DNA of 64,000 nucleotides. Source: Rhodospirillales bacterium. GTDB taxonomy: Bacteria > Pseudomonadota > Alphaproteobacteria > Bin95. Shown here one piece after another: positions 10,791 to 22,949 of the stretch (position 1 is its first letter; every line of letters starts with the position of its first letter). A program made the position numbers and the translations under genes. The stretch is taken from the NCBI GenBank assembly GCA_038143065.1, contig JAYQLI010000038.1, forward strand, positions 32,622 to 96,621, given 5' to 3'. The notes beneath the pieces were generated by a model that was not told the DNA's origin, ran no database searches, and saw only the letters and a program-made list of their open reading frames with translations.

Positions 10791-11766
10791 TCAGCGACCT
10801 GTCGCGGCTTAAAAAACTCATCTAGAACCGGTCTGGCGTCTGGAGTTTTGGCGAGGAAGTCGCCAATCATGTTTGCCGTCGCCGCCCGCATCGCTGCGAT
10901 CATACCGTCTGAGACATTCGCGGTGGCGAAGCCCGTTGTCAGCTAGATGGCCATTTGGCGGCTTCTTCTGCTTTGGAGATCGCCCAGAACTCAGGTTCCA
11001 GACTCGCTGCTACTGATTCAATGGCAGCACGATCAGCTTCGGTCAAAGCGTTCCAGCTATCGGGTTTCATTTGATTTCTGAGATAGCGAATCAAACGTGG
11101 CCCGTGGGGTAAAAGTAGTCTAAGAATTCCCAAAATTTGCCATCTACACCCGAGCTGGCAGATGTGGTTACTCCGTCGATTGTGCCTGAAGCGAGCGATG
11201 GCACGACTTCGCCCCAAGGCATTTGAACGGCTGTCATGCCGATCGCGTTGAATAGCTCGGTTGTAGTGGTTGCTTCGAATTTTTTTACACCCGACAAATC
11301 GCTAAGCGTATCGGTCTTAACCTTCGAGAAGATGCCAGGTGCGGGCCAAGGGACCATATAAAGAACTTTTTGGTTGTTGGCTGCTGCAACGTCGTCAACA
11401 ACTGGTCGGAAAAACGTGTGTAGCTCGGCCAACTCGTCGTAGCCATTCACTAAGAAGGGGATGGACTCAATACCCAGCATGGGCGCTTCGCCAACCTGTT
11501 GGCTAAGGTAAACATCGCCGATTGGCACCGCTGTCGCGGATGGCACCCAGCATTTCGGGTCCGGAGAAACCAAGCGAACCGCTTCCGTGTACGGTGATCT
11601 GAACCCGACCTTCGGTGGCTTCCGCTACGGCTACTAAAAAGAATTCGCGTTCTTTGTGTGGAAATTACCATCAGGCCACGGCAGCGACATATCCCAATTT
11701 TCGGCAAAGCCGTGCCGGTCAGTGACGCCGCTGTCAGGCAGCTATCGTTTTAGTGAAGAATGTCAT
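10791..11766 (-). CDS. TRAP transporter solute-binding protein (DctP family)
   Basis: KVLYMVPWPAPGIFS, AVQMPWGEVVPSLASGTIDGVTTS, WNALTEADRAAI. Confidence 0.85.
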
Positions 11767-11859
11767 TAGAAAACCTCCGTTTCAGTTTTGTGATGTTATG
11801 CCAATTTGGCGTTGGATTAATTTTGCGAGTGCTCTTTATCGGAGCCTTTAGATACCTCT

Positions 11860-13080
11860 CTCAAGCGGCCGAAGTTACCTCATTGTAGGCTTTTTCCCAG
11901 ACGAGGATGCCTTCGTGGATTTTCTCTGGTGGAACTGACTGTAGGCAAAGCGCAAAAAATTGCCGGGATTTTCGTTTGGGAAGCATAATCTGCCACTGCC
12001 GACTTCGACCCCATGCTCCACGGCACGAGAGGCGACGTAGTCGCCGGAATTGCTTTCAGGCAGCTCAGCCCAGAGAAAGTAACCCCACTGGGTGGATCGA
12101 CTTTTGGCTTCGGCAGGAACTCATCCAGTGTCCCTGATCCATCGATCGATATCTCGGCCAGTTTGTTCCGGATCGCATCATATGATCTGTCACCAAGTCG
12201 ATATGCTCGGCCAGTTTGTTCGACCGATCGCATCAACAATGATACGCTGCGTGAACGGCAAGAGCTGCCATCGGATTTCTGAAGTCCCATCCGTCGCACA
12301 AATCTGGCGCGCCGTGGCAATCGCCCAGCCAATCCTAAGGCCGGGGGCATGACCGCCATCGGATTTCTGAGGTCCCATCCGTCGCACAATCTCGGGAACC
12401 GGATCGCCCGATTACCCGGCCATCTGTGTCCATGGATTTGATCGGTGGGACAGGATCTTCCTCTAACGGATACGGCGATAGGGATCATCCTCAAGAATGA
12501 CGAAATCATATTCCTTGGCCAGTCGCAGAAGCTCCTGCGCCGCGCCACCGACATGGTGATCCTGGTCGGGTTGTGAAAATCCGGGATGTCGAATAGGAGT
12601 TTCGGCAGAGATTCACCGTTGGCACGCATGGTAGCCAGCCGGTTTTCAAGAATGTCGGAGCGCATACCCTCGTCGTCTTGGGGGATCGAGACAAACGTCA
12701 ACCCGTGGCTGCGCAGGCACTGCAGCGTGGTCATGTAGTCGGGGCAGTCACGATGATCTAATGCACCGGGTTAAGTGAATCGCAGGAGGAGATCGGTGGC
12801 ATGCTGGCGCTGTTTGTAATCAATACCTGGTCCGGAGTGCAGCGAATGCCATCCGCTGCAACGTAAGACGCGATCGCCTCGCGCAGGTCTTCAATCCCCA
12901 TCAAAGGACCGTATTGCATTGACTCTGCGACAAACGCCGACGCTGCCTCCGTCGCCTCGCGAGATAGGTCAGGAAAGTTGGGGGTAAACTGATCCCACGC
13001 TCAGCATGATAACCCCAGGAGCGTGATCATACACCGATTTTCCCAATACCAGCACGTCGTGCGAAACGGTATTGGCCCAT
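11860..13080 (-). CDS. PLP-dependent aminotransferase class I/II (2-aminoadipate transaminase/ARO8-like)
   Basis: MQYGPLMG..LREAIA, IPQDDEGMR, IPDFHNPT.ITMS..RR, APGLRIGW. Confidence 0.8.
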
Positions 13081-13234
13081 ATTGTATTCCCTTGAAGATT
13101 GTTTTGTTGGTTGAACCACTAAATAACAATGTTATGCATTATGCTTTATAATTAAACAAGTCAAAATGATAATATAGAATAACCATCAGAATTCATTATC
13201 TAATTCTTTGGTAAAATTTTACACGTTGAGACTT

Positions 13235-13875
13235 TTAAGATATTGAATTGTAGCCCTGGCCGTTGAGGTTGCGCTTGAATTCCGTATAACTTCCATCGCC
13301 AGATTCACACGCTGCAATCAGTTTTCTGTGCTCAGATGTTGAGGTTTAAGCGACTGGTTCATTCCAAAGCGCATACATTGGAATGAGGACTTCAACGAGA
13401 GAATTGAACCATGTAGGCTTGACGTTGCCAAAGCCTTAGAATATTGTGTTGTGAAATTCATTCAAGGCATTTATCTCTGATTGATCTTGTCGTATTATTA
13501 TTGTCTTAACTGCTCGTTGATACGCTTGAGTGATGCGACAAATTCTAAGTGCTATTTACTGCTGTGAGCCTGACTGCCTCAATTTCTAGCATCCGACGCA
13601 CTTTAAGATTTGAAGATGTTTTGGGTCATTTCAGCCACCTTGGATTGATTGGTGCGAATGTCTTTCTACAATACCGTTACCAGTAATACGATGATCGCCT
13701 CACGGATTGGCGTAACTTTTAAACCCAGGTCTTCTTCAATCTGCCTTTGTGAAATCAATTGGCCCGGGCGGTAAATGCCGGTTTCAATTGCATTTCTAAT
13801 AAATGCCTCTGCGACTTCACGCTTTGTCATTGCTACGGGGTTGTTGGTAGATAAAGATTTTTTTATCGGAGGCAT
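13235..13875 (-). CDS. GntR/FadR-family transcriptional regulator
   Basis: IRNAIETGIYRPGQLISQRQIEEDLGLKVTPIREAI wHTH. The C-terminal part is frameshifted. Confidence 0.75.
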
Positions 13876-14029
13876 TGAGCGTCACAATTTAGGTATTTGA
13901 CTGAGTAGTTATTAAGTGAAGGTGAGGAAAATTACAACGAGCAAGTAAATTTTTGATCTGATAGGCTAAATGTTTATTGTTTCGCATAATGGTCGGTAGT
14001 AACCTGATTTGGTAGAAACAAGCGGTAGT

Positions 14030-14754
14030 GTCTCAAATCTTCCAGCTTTGTGGTTAAATGCTGTGTTGAGGTTCCACTCTCATTGAGAAATGTAGAAGAC
14101 CTCTGCATGAACGCGGTGTCGATGTGAGCTATGAATCCTATTCGGTACTGGTGGCATAGATTTGGCTCTCAATTCGCAAACCAAATCAAAAAGCGCAGGG
14201 CAGGGGGAATGCAGTCCAGTAATTGGAAATGGCACCTGGATGAAGTCTTTGTGCAAAGATAAATGGTGAAAGGCATTACCTGTGGCGTGCAGTCGATCAT
14301 GAAGGCGAGGAGCTAGAAAGCTATGTCACTAAAAAGAGATTAAAAAAGCAGCTTTTAAAGTTCATTAAGAAAGCCATGCGGCGCTATGGAACTCCCAACG
14401 AGATCGTCACAGATAAGCTTCGGTCCTACAGTGCAGCAGCAAGAGACCTGGGCTGTTCGGAAAAGCAGCTTACTAAGCGATGGGCAAACAACAGAGTTGA
14501 AAACTCACATTTACCCATTTCGACGAAGAGAAAGAGCCATGCTTCGATTTCGACGAATGCACAGTCTACAGAAGTTCGCCTCAATCCATGCCTCGTTTCA
14601 CAATCTTTTTAACTCGCAAAAGTCACTTTTAAAAACAGTACTTTAAAAGTGCTTGGAAGTGATACCGCTCTCAACAAATTGAGTTAAATAGTGATTTAAA
14701 AACAATCGCAAAATGAATGCCGATTGTTTGGGGGCATTGGTCTGACAAAGCACC
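14030..14754 (+). mobile_element. IS6-family insertion sequence, copy B (5' truncated)
   Basis: MRRYGTPNEIVTDKLRSY, WANNRVENSHLP, RRRERAMLRFRRMHSLQKF. Right IR-like TCTGACAAAGCACC. Confidence 0.85.
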
Positions 14755-14982
14755 TTCGAAGTTATCATAAAGTTTGTAAAATTCGATCCCTAGGACCGCT
14801 AGTAGAAAAGAATCAGCAAGCGCTTGGAATTCACCTGATAACCAATTCAACTCAAGGCGCATCTACAATCCATACGTAAATTCGCTAAGTCGTTTCTGTT
14901 CTCTGAAGAAAGTTGCTGGGTTAGCGAATTACCCATTCTCTGAAAAATATCTGAAGTTTAATCCGCTTACGGGCCATAGATA

Positions 14983-15958
14983 TTATGAGCCGTCTGCTGG
15001 CAAGTGGGTGGAAGTCAAGAAATTGCGGGTGTTTTTTCATCCAGAATTATTGAGATTTGCTTTTCGGTTACACTAGGGACTTCAGCCTGGGAATTATGTT
15101 CTCAAAAATGTGAAACATACTCCAATTGGATGCGACTTCATTATCGTCTTTTTGTGGCAAAGTTGGTGAGCGTGCGAGCCAACAATTTACATAATCGTGT
15201 GACATCATCAGCCGGTCAATATAACCACGTTGGATCAATTCAAACAGATTAGCAATCCTTACTTCGTCGGAAATAATGCTATCAAGACCAAAACGGTCAA
15301 ATCCCACATAAACGCCGCGAGCTGCAAGAGAAGCTTGATATTCTAAATCGTTGTGCCCACAGCTATGACCGATCAGAACTTGATTGGATTTCATCTGAGC
15401 TGCGAGCATGTAGTCGATCTGATCGTGGCCACAATTATCCTTACGTGTGGCTAAGTACCGGTAATCCTATCCTCAGGCAGGACGCCTGCAGCTTGCAAGA
15501 TTTTTCTTTCGTACTCTGAAATAGTGTTTAACCCAGTCGCAATCTTTATTATGCCTGGTTTAATTCCGCTGTTCCCGATGCCATTTTCGATTTCAAGGAT
15601 GTAGTTTTCTGCAATTTCCTCGATATCAAAGGTTTCTGAATGTCGCTGACATTCCAAGTTCTTCAAAATAGACGCCGCTAGAGCAGACAATATTAATCCC
15701 GCTGTTTTGTGAAACTTCTGCCATGAAATCTATCATCACGACCCATATCGGCAGGGCAGGGATCAACAACGGTTTTTACGTCGTAGTCATGCAGTCGTTT
15801 GAAGTTACTTGTGACATGGGCTAAGGCGCTTTTTCGATCGAAAACTCTGGTGACCTGAGTCGAAATAAGGGGCATTGATCATGATGATATTCATGTATCA
15901 GGGTACGGCCAAGTTCTTCTGCGTCGATAGGACCAAGGACTGTGTTAACTTGCGGCAT
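14983..15958 (-). CDS. Phosphotriesterase-family (PTE/PLL) metal-dependent hydrolase
   Basis: MPQVNTVLGPIDAEELGRTLIHE, TVVDPCPADMGRD, GIKPGIIKIATG, IGHSCG, GVYVGFDRFG, LMMSHD. Confidence 0.85.
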
Positions 15959-16557
15959 GTAATGTCTCTCGTTCACGCTGGGATGGGCTCCAACCGTAAA
16001 AAGTAGAAGGCCCTGGTTTCTGTGGGGATGCGTTCCAATTGGCGGTTTCTTGTAACTGCGAAATTGTTAAGCATATTAGATTTCGCAAATTAGCTTTGGA
16101 CCAAATTTTAGTCAATGGTTTTGCGATAATCATTTTCTACATGGCGAAGGAAATTTTTTATAAGCAGAAGAATAATGTGTGAAGCATACTGTCGTTTAGT
16201 TGATTCATACAATTTTAGATACTTGAGATAGTGAAAATTTAACTCTTTAAGACTTCAAAAACGAAAGTTTCGACGATAGTGAGCACCGGATTAGTATTGT
16301 GGAGCCGGGAAAATTAGCATTTTATGTATATTATTCTCTAAGGAGAAAAAAATTCTTTACTTTTGTGGTGAAGTAATTACGACTTTAATAACGGCAAGGT
16401 CAAATGGTGACAGCTTTAGTAGGTGCCAATTTGTGCAAAGCACTAAGGGTTTAGTACAATGATTGCTGAGCAGCCATTGAGCGTAGCGAAGCTACTAGTC
16501 GTGACCAACTATCCCAGCCGCGATTGCGGATGCGGACGACTTAAATGGAGGATAAAA

Positions 16558-17693
16558 ATGAAACTGAATACCACTACAATGACTTCGCTCATCGGAGCTG
16601 GTCTGATCCCGGTTCGGGCCGCTTCAGCAGAGACATCTCTAAACGCAGGTTCCGGCGTGGGAGAGACAAGCTCGGCTCTACTGGGTGTTTGAGCAAATGG
16701 CGGCAAAGGCAACTGCTGAAGGCGTGAATGTTGAGGTCTTTGGCGCAGAGTTGCTTGGGCTTGGTGAAATTCCACAGGGTGTTACTGATGGGGGTCGTCG
16801 ACATAGGTCTAGTCGTCACCCCTTACTTCCTGCTGAATTTTTCGGAAATCAACCTTGCGGCGAACGCCAGTATGTTGGCTACGAGCGGCAAACCCACTAA
16901 ATGGCTGGGACCCGCTGCTGGTTTGGCAATTACCGATTATAACCTGAAGTAGCGCCGACAGTCGGAATCGGATGAAAAGGCGTAACCATGTTCTTGGGTA
17001 CTGGCGCTGGTATCCCTTATTGGTTACTGTGTAATGGAAGTCGTATTGAAAGCATCGCCGATCTAAAGGGTAAGAAAATTCGTGCGACCGCAAACTTCGG
17101 CCGCTGGGCGGAAAAAATGGGGGGCTACGGCTGTAAGCATTGGTGCTGGCGATGTTTATGAGGCTTTGGCACAGGGCGTCGTCGATTTGTACTGCAATGG
17201 AAACCGTTCAGCTAACCAATTTCTCGCTTGCAGATGTGGTGACGAGCGTAACGGCAGGGTTCCTGGCGGTATCTTTAACGGTCTTGGCGTAAATGGAATC
17301 GTGAGACATGGCAATCTTGAGCGTGGACGAGCGCAATGCATTGTTTGAAGCTGCAATCGAGTCGCATGCTGCTTACACTTGGGAATTCCAACCAGATTGG
17401 TCGCAAGAATTGGGACCGCTTGAAGAGTGGGGCATCGAAGCTGTTCAGGCAGACGACGAAAGCTTCTTGAAGCAACCAACGCATTTGTGGAATCTGATCT
17501 TGCGGTTGTTCAGTCCCAATTTACCGAAAAATATGGCGTCTCTAACGTGGTTGAAAAACTTGCAAAGATCGCCGAACTTACTGAATACTACAAAGGGTTG
17601 TTGCTGATGTTGAAACCAACGACCGTGAAGTCTGGGCTCAAATCTTTCGTGACGAAATCTTCAGCAAGATCGATAAATCGACTTACGGTATGA
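16558..17693 (+). CDS. TRAP transporter solute-binding protein (DctP family)
   Basis: Signal-peptide-like start, GVVDIGLVVTPY, DLKGKKIR, GATAVSIGAGDVYEALAQGVVD. Confidence 0.8.
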
Positions 17694-17784
17694 ATTGATC
17701 AACAATGAAGTGGCGTGCCAACTTTTTTGATTTGGCGCTTCTGATACAACAGTTCATGTTGCTTAGAGCTTATTACATGTAAAT

Positions 17785-18302
17785 GTGAGTATTATGATGC
17801 AAATTCAAAAGATACTGGATCGTGTTCTTAGGTTGACTGAATTGGTTGGTTTTTTTGCCGTTGGTTTGATGGTAGTTCAAATTACAGCCGACGTAGTATC
17901 AGAATACGTCTTTCGTTTTCCGTTGCCTGCAACGGTGACTAGTGTGTCAAATTACTATATGCTTGTAATTGCTTTTCTTCCGTTAGCGTTGGCAGAGAGA
18001 TGCGACCAGCATATCTCAGTAGAGGTCTTGTTCGACCACTTTCCCGACATATTACAGCACGTTCTAATCGGAGCTAGCTATGTTTTCAGCGCATTAGTTT
18101 TCGGTGGGTTAGCTTGGCAGACTTGGATTTCCGATGAATGAAGAGCAAGCATCGGCTCATTCATGATGGAGCAAGGCATCAAAGTGCTAATTTGGCCCGC
18201 TCATTTTATGTTGCCGCTTGGTTCAGGGCTGTTGACACTAGTTCTAATTTTTAAACTCATCTTGTACCAGGAAAAGACTTTCGAGGAGAGGACTGATGTC
18301 TA
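17785..18302 (+). CDS. TRAP transporter small permease (DctQ family)
   Basis: QITADVV.EYVF.FPLPAT..VSNYYM..IAFLPLA.AE..DQHISVE. Confidence 0.85.
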
Positions 18303-19605
18303 ACGTTGGCATAGGACTTATGGGTATATCGATGCTTCTTGTGTTGATTGCTCTACGCTTTCTATCGGTGCATCGTTAATTGTTGTGTCTTTTGGCGGCC
18401 TATTTGCAATTTTGGGCGAACGCTCCGCATGGAGTGCAGTCAGGATCGTTTCGTACAATTTTGCTGCAAATTGGCAGTTAAGTTCGGTTCCAATGTTCTT
18501 GTTGATGGGGTTCATCTGCTTTCATACAGGTCTGACAAAAGGTTTATTTCACGCTGCCAGTTTGTGGTTGTTGAGACTTCCAGGAGTGGCTACTATCTCA
18601 TCAATTTTTGCTGCTGCTGGATTTGCTTCAGTAACTGGGTCAAGCGTGGCGTGTGCCGCGGCGATGGGAGCGTATCGCTGTTCCGGAAAATGGCGCGTCA
18701 TAATTATGACATTTCATTGGCAACTGGAACAGTAGCCGCCGCTGGTACGATCGGAGCGCTAATCCCTCCATCAATTCTGCTTATTTTGTTTGGAATTATT
18801 GCAGAGGTGCAATCAGTGCGCTCTTCCTTGGTGGGATCCGGCGCTGGTTTGGTGACAGCCATTAGCTGCGTATTATAGTGTTGAAATTGGGTCAGACTTA
18901 ATCCTGAACTTGCACCGAGCGTCTTTGAAGAGGTTACTTGGGGCGAACGCTTTTCTGCACTGAAAGATACATGGCAGGTACTCGTTATCATTATAGGTGT
19001 TTTTGGTGGTCTCTTCGGCGGCATTTTCACTGCGACTGAAGCTGGTGCAGTCAGGGCGTCGTTGGCTATACCAGCGGCATCGATGAACCATTCTCTCACC
19101 TGGAGAAAAGTTGATGGAGGCTTTCCGCGAAACGCCGTTACGTCATCGACATTGTTCATCATCGCTATTGGCGCATCGTTGTTAACACGCTTTCTGGCAG
19201 TGAGTGGTGCTGGGAATTACTTGTCAGAATTGATCAGTTTTGCTGGAGACAACCCTTATCTGCTGCTGATGATTATCACATTAATTTATTTGGTATTAGG
19301 TATGTTTCTTGAGCCTATCGGAGCAATGTTGCTTAACGGTCCTGATCCTACTCCCGGTTCTAGAGCCAGCTGGCTTCAGTCTGATTTGGTTTGGAGTACT
19401 TCTCGCCAAGTTTTTGGAAATCGGAATGATTACGCCACCTATCGGCATGAATGTTTTTGTTATCAGAGGTGTAGTTGGTGATCTGGCACGGACTGGAACA
19501 ATCTTTAAGGGAGTAACATGGTTCCTGCTGGCTGACTTGATCGTTGTTCTATTACTAATTATTTTTCTAATATAATTTTTGTTTTTGCCGAATTTGGCCG
19601 GTTAA
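18296..19605 (+). CDS. TRAP transporter large permease (DctM family)
   Basis: LSSVPMFLLMG, GSSVACAAAMG, AAGTIGALIPPS, EIGMITPPIGMNVFV. Confidence 0.9.
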
Positions 19606-19705
19606 GTTTTTGATCCTAAATTGTCCAAAATTGGCCAGACCGAGTTCTCGGGAGAAACGATCTCGGCCAGAATTTTAAAGATCAACTTGAAATGTGGTAA
19701 GAGTG

Positions 19706-20635
19706 CTAGCTAAGTTTGTCTGTCAGCTCTGGTACAGCATCGAACAAATCCGCAACCAAACCATAGTCGGCGACTTGGAAAATTGGAGCTTCTTCGTCTT
19801 TGTTGATCGCAACGATAATTTTTGAATCTTTCATCCCTGCCAAGTGCTGAATCGCACCTGAAATACCAACCGCAACATATAGGTCAGGGGCAACAACTTT
19901 ACCTGTTTGACCAACCTGCCAATCGTTTGGTGCATAACCACTGTCAACCGCCGCACGTGACGCGCCAACAGCCGCGCCAAGTTTGTCAGCCAGACCTTCG
20001 ATGATCGCAAAGCTTTCTTCTGAACCGACACCACGGCCACCAGAAACAACAACACCTGCTGATGTCAATTCTGGGCGATCGCTGCTTGCGACTTTGTCTT
20101 CGACCCATTCTGACAATCCGGGGTTACCCGCCGCTGCGATACCTTCTACAGCTGCTGAACCGCCTTCGCCTGCTGCGTCAAAGTTCGCTGTGCGGAAAGA
20201 AATCACTTTCTTGGCATCTGCGGATTCAATCGTTTGAATTGCGTTGCCTGCATAGATTGGGCGTTCAAACGTATTGCCATTCACAACCGCGGTTACGTCG
20301 GTGATCACCATAACATCCAACATCGCCGCAACGCGTGGAAGGATGTTTTTGGCAGAATTTGTTGCAGGTGCTACGATATGTTCGTAATCGCCTGCCACTG
20401 AAACAATCAAATCCGCAACAGGTTCGGCCAAGCCGTTCCCATAGGCCGCGTTATCAGCGCATAGAACTTTTGCAACGCCGTCCAATTTCGCCGCCGCCTC
20501 TGCCGCGCCGCCACATCCAGCAGATGCGCACAGCACCGTGACGTCACCCAATGATTTTGCGGCACTAACTGCTTTCGCTGTGGCATCCACTGCCAACTCT
20601 GCGCCATTCACTTCTGCAAGTAGTAGAACTGCCAT
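19706..20635 (-). CDS. etfA: Electron transfer flavoprotein alpha subunit
   Basis: Intact 309 aa ORF; RPELTSAGVVVSGGRG, GASRAAVDSGY, QVGQTGKVVAP, GISGAIQHLAGMKDS. Confidence 0.98.
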   Translation of the reverse strand: MAVLLLAEVNGAELAVDATAKAVSAAKSLGDVTVLCASAGCGGAAEAAAKLDGVAKVLCADNAAYGNGLAEPVADLIVSVAGDYEHIVAPATNSAKNILPRVAAMLDVMVITDVTAVVNGNTFERPIYAGNAIQTIESADAKKVISFRTANFDAAGEGGSAAVEGIAAAGNPGLSEWVEDKVASSDRPELTSAGVVVSGGRGVGSEESFAIIEGLADKLGAAVGASRAAVDSGYAPNDWQVGQTGKVVAPDLYVAVGISGAIQHLAGMKDSKIIVAINKDEEAPIFQVADYGLVADLFDAVPELTDKLS

Positions 20636-21393
20636 TAGACTGCTCCTGCTTCTTTAAGTTTCGATACCAATTCATCAACGGAACCAACCTTGATACCCGC
20701 CGCACGTGCTTGTGGTTCACCTGTTGAAACGATTTTCAAACGTGGTGTCACATCAACACCAAGATCCGCTGCCGTTTTCGTGTCCAGCGGCTTTTTCTTG
20801 GCCTTCATGATGTTTGGAAGTGATGCATAACGTGGTTCATTCAAACGAAGATCAACAGTGATAACCGCCGGCATCTTCACTTTGATTGTTTGCAGACCAC
20901 CGTCTACTTCACGTGTCACAGTCGCACAGTCACCTTCGACACCAACTTCTGATGCGAACGTAGCTTGTGACCAACCAAGAAGGGCCGACAACATCTGACC
21001 TGTCGCGTTCATGTCATTGTCAATCGCTTGCTTACCGCACAGAACAAGACCTGGCTGCTCTTCATCCACAATCGCTTTCAGGATTTTCGCAACGGCCAAT
21101 GGCTCGATGTCATTGTGAACATCGTCTGTCGCTGTGACCAAGATCGCGCGGTCTGCACCCATCGCCAATGCGGTGCGCAGTGTTTCTTGTGATTTTTCAA
21201 CACCAATTGAAACTACCACAACCTCTTCTGCCAAACCTTTTTCTTTTAGGCGAATGGCTTCTTCCACTGCGATTTCGTCAAATGGGTTCATTGACATCTT
21301 AACGTTCGCCAGATCGACACCTGAACCATCCGCTTTTACACGAACCTTCACGTTGTAGTCGATCACGCGCTTGACAGGCACAAGTACCTTCAT
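20635..21393 (-). CDS. etfB: Electron transfer flavoprotein beta subunit
   Basis: [70 protein letters not shown] upstream. Confidence 0.98.
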   Translation of the reverse strand: MKVLVPVKRVIDYNVKVRVKADGSGVDLANVKMSMNPFDEIAVEEAIRLKEKGLAEEVVVVSIGVEKSQETLRTALAMGADRAILVTATDDVHNDIEPLAVAKILKAIVDEEQPGLVLCGKQAIDNDMNATGQMLSALLGWSQATFASEVGVEGDCATVTREVDGGLQTIKVKMPAVITVDLRLNEPRYASLPNIMKAKKKPLDTKTAADLGVDVTPRLKIVSTGEPQARAAGIKVGSVDELVSKLKEAGAV

Positions 21394-21721
21394 GATCATA
21401 GGTCTCCTTTGATGATTAGTTTCTGTCATTTGATTTGAATTTTTGATTTGCATCTGAACCAATTGGGTCCGTCAACCCCGCTGATAGACACCAGTCCGTC
21501 TCGGATTCGATATGATTGTGTATCAAATAAGATTACGTCGCCGCCGAGCACAAATTTTTTGCCAATATAATGCAGGACGGAAGCCGAATAATCGGTTCTT
21601 CAATTGTCCTCGCTGGCTGAGTCGACTCACGGAGAACCGTTGTAGGCAAAGTGCAGAAGATTGGTAATTGTCACTCCCATGTTGTTATCACGTTCTTTAA
21701 GCTAAACTGAGCAGGCCAAAA

Positions 21722-22926
21722 TCAGACTTTTTCGAGTATAATTGCAATGCCCTGGCCAACGCCAACACACATGGTGCAAAGAGCATAGCGCCCGTTAATA
21801 CGCTGTAAATGGCGTGTGGCAGTCAGCGCCAAACGGCTTCCCGCTCATGCCAAGGGGGTGACCAAGAGCTATCGCACCACCATTCGGATTTACGTGGTCT
21901 GCGTCGTCTGGCAAACCCAATTCGCGGATTACGGCAAGTCCTTGCGCTGCAAATGCTTCATTCAACTCGATCACGTCCATCTGATTGATTGACAGACCCG
22001 CGCGTGCCAGAACCCGCCGTACGGCCGGGACCGGCCCAACGCCCATTATACGTGGTTTTACGCCCGCTGCTGCCATGCCGACAATTCGGGCCACAGGCTG
22101 TAAGCCATGTGTGTTGATTGCGATATCATTGGCCAAGAGCATCGCCGCGGCGCCATCATTAACACCCGAAGCATTGCCTGCCGTGACTGTCAGATCGGGA
22201 CCGTTGACGCCCCCTTAATTTGGCAAGTTTCGCAACATCAGTGCCGGGACGTGGGTGTTCATCCTCATCTATGATTATCGGATCGCCTTTCTGTTGAGGT
22301 AGGCTGACCGGGATGATTTCTTCGATAAAAATTTTCTTTTCAAGAGCAACGGCGTAGCGCGCTTGAGAACGAGCTGCAAAAGCGTCTTGATCCTCCCGCG
22401 AGATATTGTATTCAGCGGCGACGTTGTCAGCAGTCTCGGGCATGGAATGCGTGCCATGGATTTCATTCATCGCAGGGTTAACAAATCGCGTCCAATCGTA
22501 GTGTCATAAATAGCATTCGCTCGGGCAAAGGCATGGGTTGCTTTGGGTAACACAAAAGGGGCGCGGCTCATGCTTTCAACACCGCCTGCTATCATGAAAT
22601 CTGCATCACCGGACCGTATCGCGCGGGCCGCATTCCCCAGCGCATCAAGACCGGAACCGCACAACCGGTTGACTGTCGAACCTGGTACATCGACCGGCAT
22701 GCCCGCAAGTAGTGCCGCCATTCGTGCGACATTGCGATTATCTTCGCCGGCTTGGTTTGCACAGCCATAGATGACGTCGTCAAGTTTCTCCCAATTGACC
22801 TCAGGATTGCGCTCAATCAATGCTTTAAGAGGTAGGGCGGCTAGGGTCATCGGCCCGAATGGAGGACAGGGCACCGCCGTAACGGCCAATAGGTGTGCGG
22901 ATACCGTCGCAGATAAATGCGTCCAT
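21722..22926 (-). CDS. pcaF: 3-oxoadipyl-CoA thiolase (PcaF/PaaJ type)
   Basis: [71 protein letters not shown]. Confidence 0.88.
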
Positions 22927-22949
22927 GTGTTTTTCTTTCCAATCAATTA

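Noticed and set aside
12267-12392. 38 nt direct repeat inside the aminotransferase gene
   Set aside because: There are only two copies, and one overwrites the expected PLP-lysine motif region. More likely a consensus artefact than a functional repeat.
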